This document shows positions 29,101 to 40,035 of a DNA stretch of 64,000 bases, in pieces (position 1 is the first letter of the stretch; each line of letters starts with the position of its first letter). The notes under the pieces are model-generated. The model was not told the origin of the DNA and searched no databases. It saw only the letters and a program-made list of their open reading frames with translations. The translations under genes were made by a program, and so were the position numbers. The DNA comes from Octopus sinensis (Eukaryota), in contig NC_043013.1 in the NCBI RefSeq assembly GCF_006345805.1, positions 37,882,001 through 37,946,000 on the forward strand, in the 5' to 3' direction.

Positions 29101-29266
29101 CGACAGGCGTTTTTCAGTTTCCGCCTACCAAATCCACTCACAAGGCTTTGGTGATCCCGAAGTGAGAGTAGAAGACACTTGCCCAACGAGCCACGCGGTG
29201 GGAGTGAAACCGGAACCATGTGGTTGGTAAGCAAGCTACTTACCACACAGCTACTCCTGAGCCTAT
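29101..29266 (-). mobile_element. SINE family A 5' half
   Basis: Reverse complement of the head gtaagtagcttgcttaccaaccacatggttccggtttcactccc. Confidence 0.85.
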
Positions 29267-29438
29267 TTATATATGCATGTTTATATATCCTTGTTAGGAT
29301 ATATAAACATGCATTTCTGGCAGAAGAAAGCTTCTTTCCTGGAGTAGAAAATGTAAAGTGATGAGATTAGCTACATATTTATGCAGAAGTTGACAGAAGC
29401 GATCGCAAACACCAGATGTTGTGTTATTCTTTTTGTTT

Positions 29439-29707
29439 TATTTACATTATTTACAATTGACGTATATTTGTCCTCATCTTCTTTGTTGTTAACACAACGT
29501 TTCGGCTGATATACCCTCCAGCCTTCGTCAGGTGTCTTGGGGAAATTTCGAACCTGGGTTCTCATTCCTAAACTATTTTTCGATATTGTTGTTGTTTTTG
29601 TTATTTTTTATTATTATTATTAGTAGTAGTAGTAGTAGCAGTAGTAGAGTAGTAGTAGTAGTAGTAGTAGTAGTAATAGTAGTAGTAGTAGTAGTAGTAG
29701 CAGCAGC

Positions 29708-29761
<54 letters not shown>

Positions 29762-29794
29762 CGCCCGCGTTCTTAACCACTATGCCATATGCTC
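29439..29794 (-). mobile_element. tRNA-headed SINE family C with hammerhead tail (left copy; head truncated by a (CTA)n run)
   Basis: Inverted copy of 29797-30321: shared head gcatatgg..agtg.ttaaga.cgcggg and shared tail of about 150 bp. Confidence 0.85.
29491..29536 (-). ncRNA. Minimal type I hammerhead ribozyme motif
   Basis: GACAC-CTGACGA-A-GGCTG(gagggtatat)CAGCC-GAA-ACGT-T-GTGTT. Confidence 0.7.
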
Positions 29795-29796
29795 AC

Positions 29797-29878
29797 GGGC
29801 ATATGGTGCAGTGTTTAAGAGCGCGGGTTACTAACCCTAACATTCCGAGTTCGATTCCAGGCAGTGACCTGAGTAGTA

Positions 29879-29935
<57 letters not shown>

Positions 29936-29973
29936 TAATAATATTAATAATATAATATAATAAAAAAATTAAA

Positions 29974-30016
<43 letters not shown>

Positions 30017-30025
30017 TAATAAAAA

Positions 30026-30091
<66 letters not shown>

Positions 30092-30321
30092 TATCATAAT
30101 AATAATAATCATAATAATAATAATAATAATAACTTTAACAACAACATCAAAAAATACCTTACGAATGAGAACCCAGTTCCGAAATTACCCCAAGACACCT
30201 GATGAAGGCTGGAGGGTATATCAGCCGAAACGTTGTGTTAACAAGATGAGGACAACTATCCGTCAAATGTAAATAATGTAAATAATGTACATAATTCCTC
30301 ATCTCTTAAATATAGAACTGT
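29797..30321 (+). mobile_element. tRNA-headed SINE family C with (AAT)n linker and hammerhead tail (right copy)
   Basis: A-box-like tggtgcagtgtt, B box gagttcgattcc, about 250 bp (AAT)n, then a tail matching the left copy. Confidence 0.85.
30194..30239 (+). ncRNA. Minimal type I hammerhead ribozyme motif
   Basis: GACAC-CTGATGA-A-GGCTG(gagggtatat)CAGCC-GAA-ACGT-T-GTGTT; 5-bp stem I, 5-bp stem II, palindromic ACGU stem III. Confidence 0.7.
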
Positions 30322-30350
30322 TCTTTTTGTTTTGCTTTTTTTTTCTGTAG

Positions 30351-30521
30351 AAAGCCATTGCAACAGAATCGATGCGAGATAACAGAGAATTAACAAAAAT
30401 ATCCAGTACATCAGAAGAAGGACAAGAAGTTAACATAGAAGATATTCGAAGAGGTAGCGCTACCGAAGTTCCAATGACGAAATCATTACTAGCGTATAAC
30501 AAAAATGCTTCGTTATCAGAC
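30351..30521 (+). CDS. Candidate internal coding exon of an unidentified gene (KAIATESMRDNRELTKISSTSEEGQEVNIEDIRRGSATEVPMTKSLLAYNKNASLSD)
   Basis: Long polypyrimidine tract + tgtag acceptor, 171 nt open in phase 0, donor GAC/gtaagg, protein-like non-repetitive composition. No family recognised. Confidence 0.5.
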
Positions 30522-30959
30522 GTAAGGTTCGTGCTCTTTGGTACAAGGGAGCGAAAAACGTCCAAGAAGCACGTATGGAAGATGTGTTTGCGTTACCACA
30601 TTATCACTACCACCACTTTCATCATCGTCCTTATTGTCATCGTCTTCATTTTCATCTTCATCATCAACATCATCATCCACATTACCCCATTGATTTTTAT
30701 TAATTTTGTCTGCATTACAATTTGTTCTTGATCAAGTTTCTTAACTATTCCCATGAATGAAAAGTATGACAATTTACGAAAAAAAAAATGGTTTAACGAT
30801 TCATAATGAAGCGATCGCTTTAATGTTGTTGATTATTATCTGCGTAGGGAGAGATACCAATTTCTACAAGACTTTTGAAATTTGAATGAGCAATATTTTA
30901 TTTAATGCTTGAGAGACTTAAACCATCTGAAGTTTTACGTATCACATCCTATATAATAG

Positions 30960-32370
30960 TGGTTTCAATTTTTAGCACAATGCCAGCAAATACAGGGGAA
31001 GGAGTGAGTCGATTACATCAACTCTCTGTGCGCACCTGGTACTTGTTTTATTGAGCCCAGTACTCAGCTGGTCCTTCTATTATCGTGGTCCTTATATTAT
31101 CGATCCCATTGCTCAACTGCTACTCATTTTTATCGACCTCAGTGTTCAACCAGTACTTCTTTTCTCGACCCCACTGCTCAACCGGTACTCATTTTATCGA
31201 CCCCAGTGCTTAACTAGTCCGGAAATTATTGTGATCATTATATTATTGACCACAATTTTCAACTGGTACTTATCTTATCGTGCTCCTTATTTTATTGATT
31301 CCGATGCTTAACTGGTTCTAATTTTATCGACCCGAGTGTTCAATTGGTCCTTATATTATCGTGGTCTTTATATATTTTTTATATTTCTTTATTGCCCACA
31401 GGGGGCTAAAAATAGAATGGACAAACAAGTACAGAAAAGGGATTAAATCGATTACATTGACCCAAGTGCGTAACTGATACTTAATTCATCGACCCCGAAA
31501 GGATGAAGGGCAAAGTCTACCTCGGCAGAATTTGAACTCAGAACGAATTTGAACTGAGACGAAATAGCGCTGAGTATTTCACCCGATTCTGCCAGCTCGC
31601 CGCCCTCCATTGTGGTCCGTATATTATCGAGCTCAACTGGCACTTATTTTATCGACCAGGTGCTCATCCGGTAGTTATTTTTATTGACCTCACTGATCAA
31701 CTTGTCCTTATATTGTCGACCCCTGTGCTTAACTGGTGCTTCTTTTATCGACCCCAGCCCTTAACTGGTACCTATTTTATCGACACCAGTTCTCCATTGG
31801 TACTTATTTTATCGGGCCCGAAAGGATGAAATGCAAAGTCGATCTCCGCGAAATTTGGACTCAGAACGTAAAGAAAATCGAAATGCTTTTAAACATTTTG
31901 CCCGGCGTGCTATCCACATAGCTAGCTCGCCGCCTAATCTGTTTATTGATATTGGTTTGAAATTATGTCACAAGGTCAGCAATTCTTATGGTGGGGCTAA
32001 GTCGATTACATCTACCCCAGTGTTTAACTTGTACTAATTGTATTGCCCCTTCAGCGTAATTTGAACACTGAGCATAAAGACAGACGAAATACTGCCAAAG
32101 ATTTGGCCTGGAATGCTAACCATCCTGCTAGCTCACCACCTTCACAACTCGTCAAGTAATAATTGTTTTAAATTTCTGCACACGTTCAGCATTTTTTAGG
32201 AAGGTGCTAGTCGATAACATCGACCCTAGTGCTAATCTAGTACTTATTTTATCGAGCCCGAAAGGGATGAAAGGCAAAGTCAACCTCGACGGAATTTGAA
32301 CTCGGAACTTAAAAAGGGACGGGATGCCGATAAACATTTCGCTCGGCGTGCTAACGATTCTGCCAGACGG
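30960..32370 (-). mobile_element. Cluster of SINE family B copies interleaved with a ~31-bp SINE-derived minisatellite
   Basis: Heads at about 31600, 31930, 32140 and 32365; repeats of aactggtacttattttatcgaccccagtgct. Confidence 0.8.
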
Positions 32371-33174
32371 GCATTCGTTAAGTGGTATTAGCAGGAAATA
32401 TTGAAAATTACCATTTGAACGTATTAACATATTGACTGCCAGACACATTCTTCTTATCTCTGTTATGCAATGATATGCAACACTGAAACATTTTCTCTGT
32501 CTGTTTGTCTCTCTCTCACTCTATCTATCGATCGATCTATGTATACATACATATATACATACATACATGTATATATATATATATACACACACATACACAC
32601 AAATATATGTATCTGGGTGTATGTGTGTGTGTACGAACATATATACATACATGCATATATGCATATACAAATACACACGCGCGTACATAATTATCACAAG
32701 GAATGGTCAAATATGACGCATTGAAGTGATTAGAAGGTAAAGAATTTTCACTGAGTCTAAAGCAGACTCTGACCCTGCAGCTGAAGCGAACCATGTTCCT
32801 TTCTTTTTATTTAGTCGGTCACACTCATTGGAACACACATACACATACGTTAGACACATCCATATTTACATCCACTCACACAGACCTTCTTTCCCAAATC
32901 TACATACATGGATACACACAGACATACATCTATACGTTTGTACGCACACACATGCATACATACATACATACATACATACATACAAACATATATACGTACG
33001 TACATAACAGCATATCTCTTTCCACGATTAATCTACACTAGGTATGAGTCAGCTGATTAGAGACGATTAACGTCCGAACGAATAACTTAATGTTCACATA
33101 CTTGTCAATTAAGCATTAAGCTCCAAACCACAGAAGTGATATTTCTCAGTTGCCCTCTCTAGTATTTTCATATA

Positions 33175-33215
<41 letters not shown>

Positions 33216-33262
33216 TATATGTGTGTATATATATACATATATCTTTCTCTCTCTCTCTCTCC

Positions 33263-33302
<40 letters not shown>

Positions 33303-33963
33303 GTCTCAGTCACTCATTTTCTATGCCTCTGGCAATGTTTCTCCCTCCCTACATATCTCTCTGTTCCTCTCTCTCTCTATCTATCTATCTATGTATCTAT
33401 CTATCTTTACATTGCTCTCTTCCCTCCCCCCCTCTCTCTCTCTCTCTCTCTCTGTTTAATTTTATTATCTTTATCTCCAGCTTTCTCCGGACTTCCACTC
33501 TTTCTCCCTTTTGTATTTTAGATCCTTAACTCTTCCGCATGATAAGATATTTTGCAAGGCAAAAACGATAAATATCGGGCCAACAAAGAAGTACCCCGGT
33601 TGAAGGTATTAGCTACTAAGTATCCGCCAGAAATAAGCTATGAAAAACATATATACAGAAATATTAAGCTGGAACATATGTTGCTGATTGCTACGGTTGG
33701 ATTAACAGATTTGTTCCAACTTAGTTGGTTCTGTGAACAAACGTTATACTATTCACCAACTATTTCATACAGCTTGTTTCGCACCCCTTTGAAGTATTAT
33801 GGTGCTTGTATGCTTGTGTGTGTATATGTATGTACATACATGTGTATATGTATATACATACATGCATACTTACATATATGTATGTAATATATATGCATAT
33901 ACATATGTATGCATATATGTATACGTATATACGTAAATATGTACATATATATATATGTACATG

Positions 33964-34018
<55 letters not shown>

Positions 34019-34021
34019 TGT

Positions 34022-34105
<84 letters not shown>

Positions 34106-35751
34106 ATGTATGTATGTATGTGTTTTTATATATGTTTGTATATATGTATGTGTGTATATATGTATATTTATTCCTAATTTGATACAGTAATTTTTATAAT
34201 GTTGAATTCTGAAAGTGGAGAAGGAAGTGCATGCTTCTATGTGTTGAGAGAAAGAAACTGAAAGCAAGAGAGAGAGGGAGAGAGAGGGAGAGAGAGAGGG
34301 GGGAGAATGGGAAAGAGAACGGATGATAAATCAGTATAATTGACACGCACACTTACACACGTTTCCACAAACTCAAATAAAGAGATAGATTGAGAGAGAG
34401 AGTAAGGGAGTAAGAGGGAGGATGTGGGGAGAAGACAATCAAAGGAGAAGATGTACATAATCATTTGAGACACACGGATAGATAATAACTGTGTGTTTAA
34501 GAGAAGAGTGTGACAGACATGCTGATAGAGAGAGATTCACGGACAATGTAAAAGAGATGGAGATACCAAAATAGAGATAGAGAGTGTGGGGGAGGTGGAA
34601 AGGAGTAGAGAAAGAGTAAAGAGTAACAGAGTCTTTGAGTAAATGGTGATTGTAAAAGATCTCTTAATGACTTTGTAAAGTATAAAATAAAAGATTTTGG
34701 TAGGCTTCTGGAATATACAATGACCCAACCAATATTAACGCAAAGCTAATCCGATTTGATCACAATTTTTGGTGAGCTGATTAAATCACTATGCAAGCCG
34801 TTTGAATGGTGCAGGTCAAATTTTGACACGGAGATCAAAATATGTAAAATCATCCTCAAGAATTAATCACTGGCATGGAACGGGGATTAATATTAACACC
34901 TGATGGAGGGAGCTGGGTTGTTAGGGACGTTACAGCACCGAACAAAATGTATTACTGTATTTAGAAACGGCACTTTAATTTCTGAGTTCACATTATGCCG
35001 GGTCAACTTTTGGCTTTCATCTTTTTGTGTTCGATAAAAATAAAGTACCAGCAGAGTACTGCAGACGAGATATCAATATTAACGCCTGACATATCGTGCT
35101 GGATTGGCAGAATTAGGGAAGTGACAGGACAAAATAAATTGCGGTAATTATTTACGAATTTTTCTGTTCTGAGTTCAAATACCGCTCAGGTCAAATTTGA
35201 TTTTGCATCCATCTGAAAAATGAAAATATCGGAGTTGATACGTGTGATTGAATTCTTCGCCGTGTAGATATTAGCTGCCTGCACAAAGAATTACGTTTGC
35301 AGAATAAATTATGGTTATGGTCCCTCTATAAGTGAGCCGAGTGAAAGCAAAAATATTGTCATTGGTCATTATGTTTCTGGCTGTCTGACTGCGTAACAAT
35401 TTATCTATCTAATAAATGCATAAACAAAATGTGTGTCTATTCAGTTCCACGTGTTACTGTGAATAATGTTTTTTTTTCTGTTTAAAAGAGACCTTCTTTA
35501 TATATACATGCTGAAATATATATGTGTGTGCGTGTGTGTGTGTGCGCGCGCGCGTGTGTGCATATATACATATATCTATATTTCTATATATATACATATA
35601 TATTAATATAATTGAGTAGTTGAATGAATTATCTTACTATGGATAATTCGGTTATAACGGAATATTTTAAAGAAACACTCATTATCGCTATGGGCTCCGT
35701 GTGGGCAGTCATCTAAAAGTTTTTTTTTGTGCATCTTGATGCTGACACAAG

Positions 35752-35850
35752 TTCCTTGTTTTTCCTGATGAGAAGGCGGCATAATGCACCCCTTATTCCT
35801 TCGAAATTAGGAATATGCAGCCTTCGAAACGTATATCGAAAATAAAGGAA
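35752..35850 (+). ncRNA. Type I hammerhead ribozyme motif with long stems
   Basis: TTCCTTGTTTTTC-CTGATGA-GAAGGC..GCCTTC-GAA-ACGTATAT-C-GAAAATAAAGGAA: intact core, stem I 11/13 paired, stem II 10/11 paired; stem III has one C-A mismatch. Confidence 0.75.
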
Positions 35851-35974
35851 TTTTGTTAATTCGTCGTTCAACTCCATTCTTTCATTTATATATATTAATA
35901 TATATATATATATGTATATGCATTTATATATATATATATTATATAATATATATATATATTATATATATATTATA

Positions 35975-36011
<37 letters not shown>

Positions 36012-36297
36012 AATACATATATATATATATATATATATACATCCAGACACACACACACACACACAAAATTAAAGCAATTGAATAAACGAAGGGCAGCTAG
36101 AGCAGAGATGAATAAAGGTATATTAAATGCTGTATGAGAAATGAAATTTATATATACTTCGCGTAAATCCCTACGTCTACCGAACGAAAAGTGAAGATAG
36201 TCGCATGAATGGTATCCATATTTCTCACCAATTATGAGACATTAACACAACATCAGACTGGGTATATATATACATACATATATATATATTTATATAA

Positions 36298-36341
<44 letters not shown>

Positions 36342-36384
36342 TGTATCAAATGAAATAAAATGAAAAACAGGACACAAAGGGTGT

Positions 36385-36479
36385 TGCGGTACATATGTTT
36401 CGAGCTTTATAGAACAACTTATTCTTACATCAATGCGTAATCGCCATAACAGATAGTTCAAAAGCCCTCTTCAGCCTCA
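36385..36479 (-). ncRNA. Type I hammerhead ribozyme motif with ~50-nt stem II extension
   Basis: TGAGG-CTGAAGA-GGGCTTT...AAAGCTC-GAA-ACATATGT-A-CCGCA: intact core, 7-bp stem II, 8-nt palindromic stem III, GUA site, stem I 4/5. Confidence 0.75.
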
Positions 36480-36717
36480 TGCAATTGCTACACCAAAGTC
36501 TTGTATCACATTATGAAAGGTTTCGAAAAAAAAACATTTGGTATTGTTTATAATGGTAGGTAAACCGAGTATCACCGGGAAAGTATGTTTGTAAATCTTC
36601 ATAGACATACATGGTATTATTAGACTCCAAAAGAAATCGTCCATACCGTTTTCTCACTCAATATAGAATGAAATATAGAACAACACCACACACACACCAC
36701 ACACACACAACACACAA

Positions 36718-36758
<41 letters not shown>

Positions 36759-36825
36759 GTGTTAACGTTCTAGCTCACTTCCGCCGTTTACACCAATTAT
36801 AATTCAATTATAATGATAAATTAAC

Positions 36826-37314
36826 TATAGAGATATACTATGAACAATCTAATAATTTATATATACATTACAATGTTATATTAGATACTATGAATATAAT
36901 ATAACATAACAATGTTATATAACAAATAATTATTAAAACCATAAAACGCCAACAAATTGTTTCGACTTATATAAAATTTTTCTGATATACATAATCACAG
37001 TTCCCTTATATATAAAGGCACTTCAGGGTCATAGTTTAAAAAAAGACGATTTTCCGTGTGAAAGGACGGCTGGATTCAAAGCTTTTTACAAACCAGCTGT
37101 CCTTTCACGAGGAATTTCGTATTTTGCTAAACCATGACTTCGAAGTGACTTTATATATAAGTGAACTATGATTATATCGAAACAATTTGTTGTCCTTTTA
37201 TGGGTTTTTATAATTGTTTATATTATATAATATTATGTTATATTATATTCATAGTATTTAATGTAATATTGTATTATAAATAAATTATTGGATTGTCGAT
37301 AGTATATCTCTATA
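36826..37314. repeat. ~490-bp imperfect foldback (inverted repeat)
   Basis: Ends tatagagatatacta / tagtatatctctata; inner stem gtgaaaggacggctgg / ccagctgtcctttcac around a 19-nt loop; arms colinear with indels. Confidence 0.9.
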
Positions 37315-37339
37315 TTATATATATATATCGCATATTAGC

Positions 37340-37850
37340 GTCCAGGGTGTATTAATTTAGTTGACGAGAACTACGTAATATTTCTTGCTGTGTAGTTTAG
37401 TAGTTGATTTAATGTCTGAATCTGCTAAATAGCCTAAATTTTATGTTCCATGCTATTAACGTACGTTCGCTTCTGTGGCCTCCTAATTTGAAGGTGAATT
37501 GAAACAACGAAACGTTTGTAGAAGTTGGTAAAACTTTATTAGCGATGTATTTCCTATAACTTTATATTCAGTAACATCTGCGAATGTTATACACGTTTTG
37601 TGGAGAGATAGGGTCTTTTAAGCGGGTACAGTGTTGGATTTCTGATGTTACAATTTAGCTGTTCGAATAGGGACATCTGAGTGTCTGATTTTTGATTTAT
37701 GGTTGCCGATAATGGAACCCTGAGATTCTTAACTTTATCGACGTTCAAGGGTTTCTGTATTTAAGAGTAGGTGGGAATGTTCTTTGTAATGTTGATGGCT
37801 AGATTAATTTTGCTGGTGTGGGAACACATTATTAATCCTTGTTTCTTTGG
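37340..37850 (-). pseudogene. Highly decayed Penelope-like retroelement ORF C-terminus (linker, Cys-rich motif, GIY-YIG region)
   Basis: Across frameshifts: KNIPTYS*IQKPLNVDKVK, SIIGNHKSKI, NCNIRNPTLYPLKRPYLS, YKVIGNTS. Same order as recalled PLE motifs KHFP..KLHKIFNRNTVK, SIISSHNKKI, CNCR...CPL.G.CL, YIG.T. Confidence 0.5.
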
Positions 37851-37894
37851 TAAGTCACTCCTTACTATGTCGTTACCATTAGGAGAGAAAAGGG

Positions 37895-38105
37895 TTGTGA
37901 GCTGGCAGAATCGTTAGCACGTCGGTAAAAAATATTAGCAGCATTTTGTCCAACTTTAAGCTCTGAATTCAAATTCCTTCTAGGTTGACTTTGCTTTTGA
38001 TCCTTTTGCAGTTAATGAAATTAATATCAGTTAAGCAGTGGGATCGATGTATTCGACTCACTCCTTCCACTCAAATTTGAGACCCTGTGCCTCTAGCAGA
38101 TAAGA
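37895..38105 (+). mobile_element. Decayed SINE family B
   Basis: gagctggcagaatcgttagcacg...ctctgaattcaaattcc. Confidence 0.75.
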
Positions 38106-38529
38106 TTATTATACGGAATGAAACGCACTAATTAAGATAGCTTTGGCTAAGAACGGATCTACCTTATTCAACAGTTATGTTATTTAATACAAGTCAAATA
38201 GTTTCGGAGATTTCATTGCGTAGTAAGACATTCTCATGGTTCTTTGAGACGATTTACATATACACATATATATGCTTATGTGTGTAAGTGAAATTACAAG
38301 GAAATTGCAATAAAAGCTTAATATGTATATATAAATAAATTGCGCAGGCTCGAAACATAAAAGACTTTCTCACCTTCCCGAGCGTCAAAATAATACACCT
38401 GCTTGTTGTTTATACATCTGTCTTCGTCTTTTGTTTTTCTGTAAATTTCAACCATATATATAAGTTAGTCGTTTGCGCGAATAAGCCATTAATTCAATTA
38501 ATTAATAAAGAACAGTGGTAGTAATAGTT

Positions 38530-38575
38530 CATTTACAATCGTTTCTGTTTACCAGTTGTGGACATCATCAGAATG
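38530..38575 (-). ncRNA. Type I hammerhead ribozyme motif
   Basis: CATT-CTGATGA-TGTCC(acaact)GGTAAACA-GAA-ACGATTGT-A-AATG: intact core, perfect 4-bp stem I, GUA site; stem II weakened by a 2-nt deletion relative to sister copies. Confidence 0.6.
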
Positions 38576-38624
38576 CGTAATCAAATGTAAAGATGATGTC
38601 TACCACAACTGGTAAAAAGAAACG

Positions 38625-38665
<41 letters not shown>

Positions 38666-38800
38666 GCAATTTAGATTCAGATGAATATGGTACTTAAGTT
38701 GAGGCACCAGAATTGAATACGGTATTATCCATACAATTTCAAAGTAAGGTGATTAAAATCAAAATAAGCAACAGGATATCCAGGGGTATTTTGATTATTG

Positions 38801-38857
<57 letters not shown>

Positions 38858-38977
38858 TATATATATATGATCGTTTCTGTTTACCAGTTGTGGTAGACAT
38901 CATCTTTACATTTGATTACGAGGACGTGGAACAAATAAAGTATTATTGGACGCTCAGGAAAGAAGGGAAGAAGGCGG

Positions 38978-39012
38978 GTTTAACGTTTCGAGCGGAGTTC
39001 TTCGTCGGAAAC
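38978..39012 (-). ncRNA. 35-nt minimal hammerhead-like motif (U4C)
   Basis: GTTT-CCGACGA-A-GAAC(tcc)GCTC-GAA-ACGT-T-AAAC. Confidence 0.55.
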
Positions 39013-39101
39013 ATAGGAGAAGGAAAGATCCCGAGAAGGGAAGACAGAGGAAAAAAATCGCCAGCGGTACGCACGAGGTCACATATTGAGGTCACACACA
39101 C

Positions 39102-39146
<45 letters not shown>

Positions 39147-39179
39147 GGGTGTATGTATGTATATATACACACATGTGTG

Positions 39180-39345
39180 CATGTGTGTTTGTCCACAACC
39201 ATCGCTTGACAACCGTTGCTGGTGTGTTTACGTCCCCGTATGCTAAGAGTTCGGCAGAAAAGGAGCGATAAAATAAACACTAGGCTAAATATAAAGAAAC
39301 AATTCTTGTCGCATCATTTGACCAAAAAATTATTCAAGGTGGAGC
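39180..39345 (+). mobile_element. SINE family A 3' half
   Basis: catcgcttgacaaccgttgctggtgtgtttacgtccccgta. Confidence 0.8.
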
Positions 39346-39454
39346 GATGGATGCGTGAGACCGCGTGCGCGTATGCAATTATACATGTGTGAGTGAATTT
39401 GTGGGTGTTCTAATCTAACATTCAGAAATCAAACAATACACTGAAAGATTATAT

Positions 39455-40035
39455 TTTCTTATTTCTTTATTGCCCACAAGGGGCCAAACACAGAGGAGAC
39501 AAACAAGGACAGACAAACCGATTAAGTCGATTACATCGGCCCCCAGTACTAACTGGTACTTAATTTATCGAACCCAAAAGAATGAATCGCAAAGTCGACC
39601 TCGGCAGAATGTGAAATCAGAACGTAACGGCAGACAAAATACCTATTTCTTTACTACCCACAAGGGGCTAGACACAGAGAGAACAAACAAGGACAGACAA
39701 ACGGATTAAGTTGATTATATCGACCCCAGTGCGTAACTGGTACTTATTTAATTGACTCCGAAAGGATGAAAGGCAAAGTCGACCTCGGCGGAATTTGAAC
39801 TCAGAACATAATGGCAGACGAAATACCTATTTCTTTATTACCCACAAGGGGCTAAACACAGAGAGAACAAACAAGGACAGACAAACGGATTAAGTCGATT
39901 ATATCGACCCCGGTGCGTAACTGGTACTTATTTAATCGACCCCGAAAGGATGAAAGGCAAAATCGACCTCGGCGGAATTTGAACTTACAACGTAACGGCA
40001 GACGAAATACCGCTACGCATTTCGCCTGGCGTGCT
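39455..40035 (-). mobile_element. Tandem trimer of SINE family B units
   Basis: Three ~180-bp units; complete head only at 39990-40035. Confidence 0.9.

Noticed and set aside
29797-29872. tRNA gene
   Set aside because: A/B boxes are present but the cloverleaf and acceptor stem are not; it is a SINE head, as are the other tRNA-like segments
31020-31830. CRISPR-like array
   Set aside because: Eukaryotic context, no unique spacers, and units derive from a SINE
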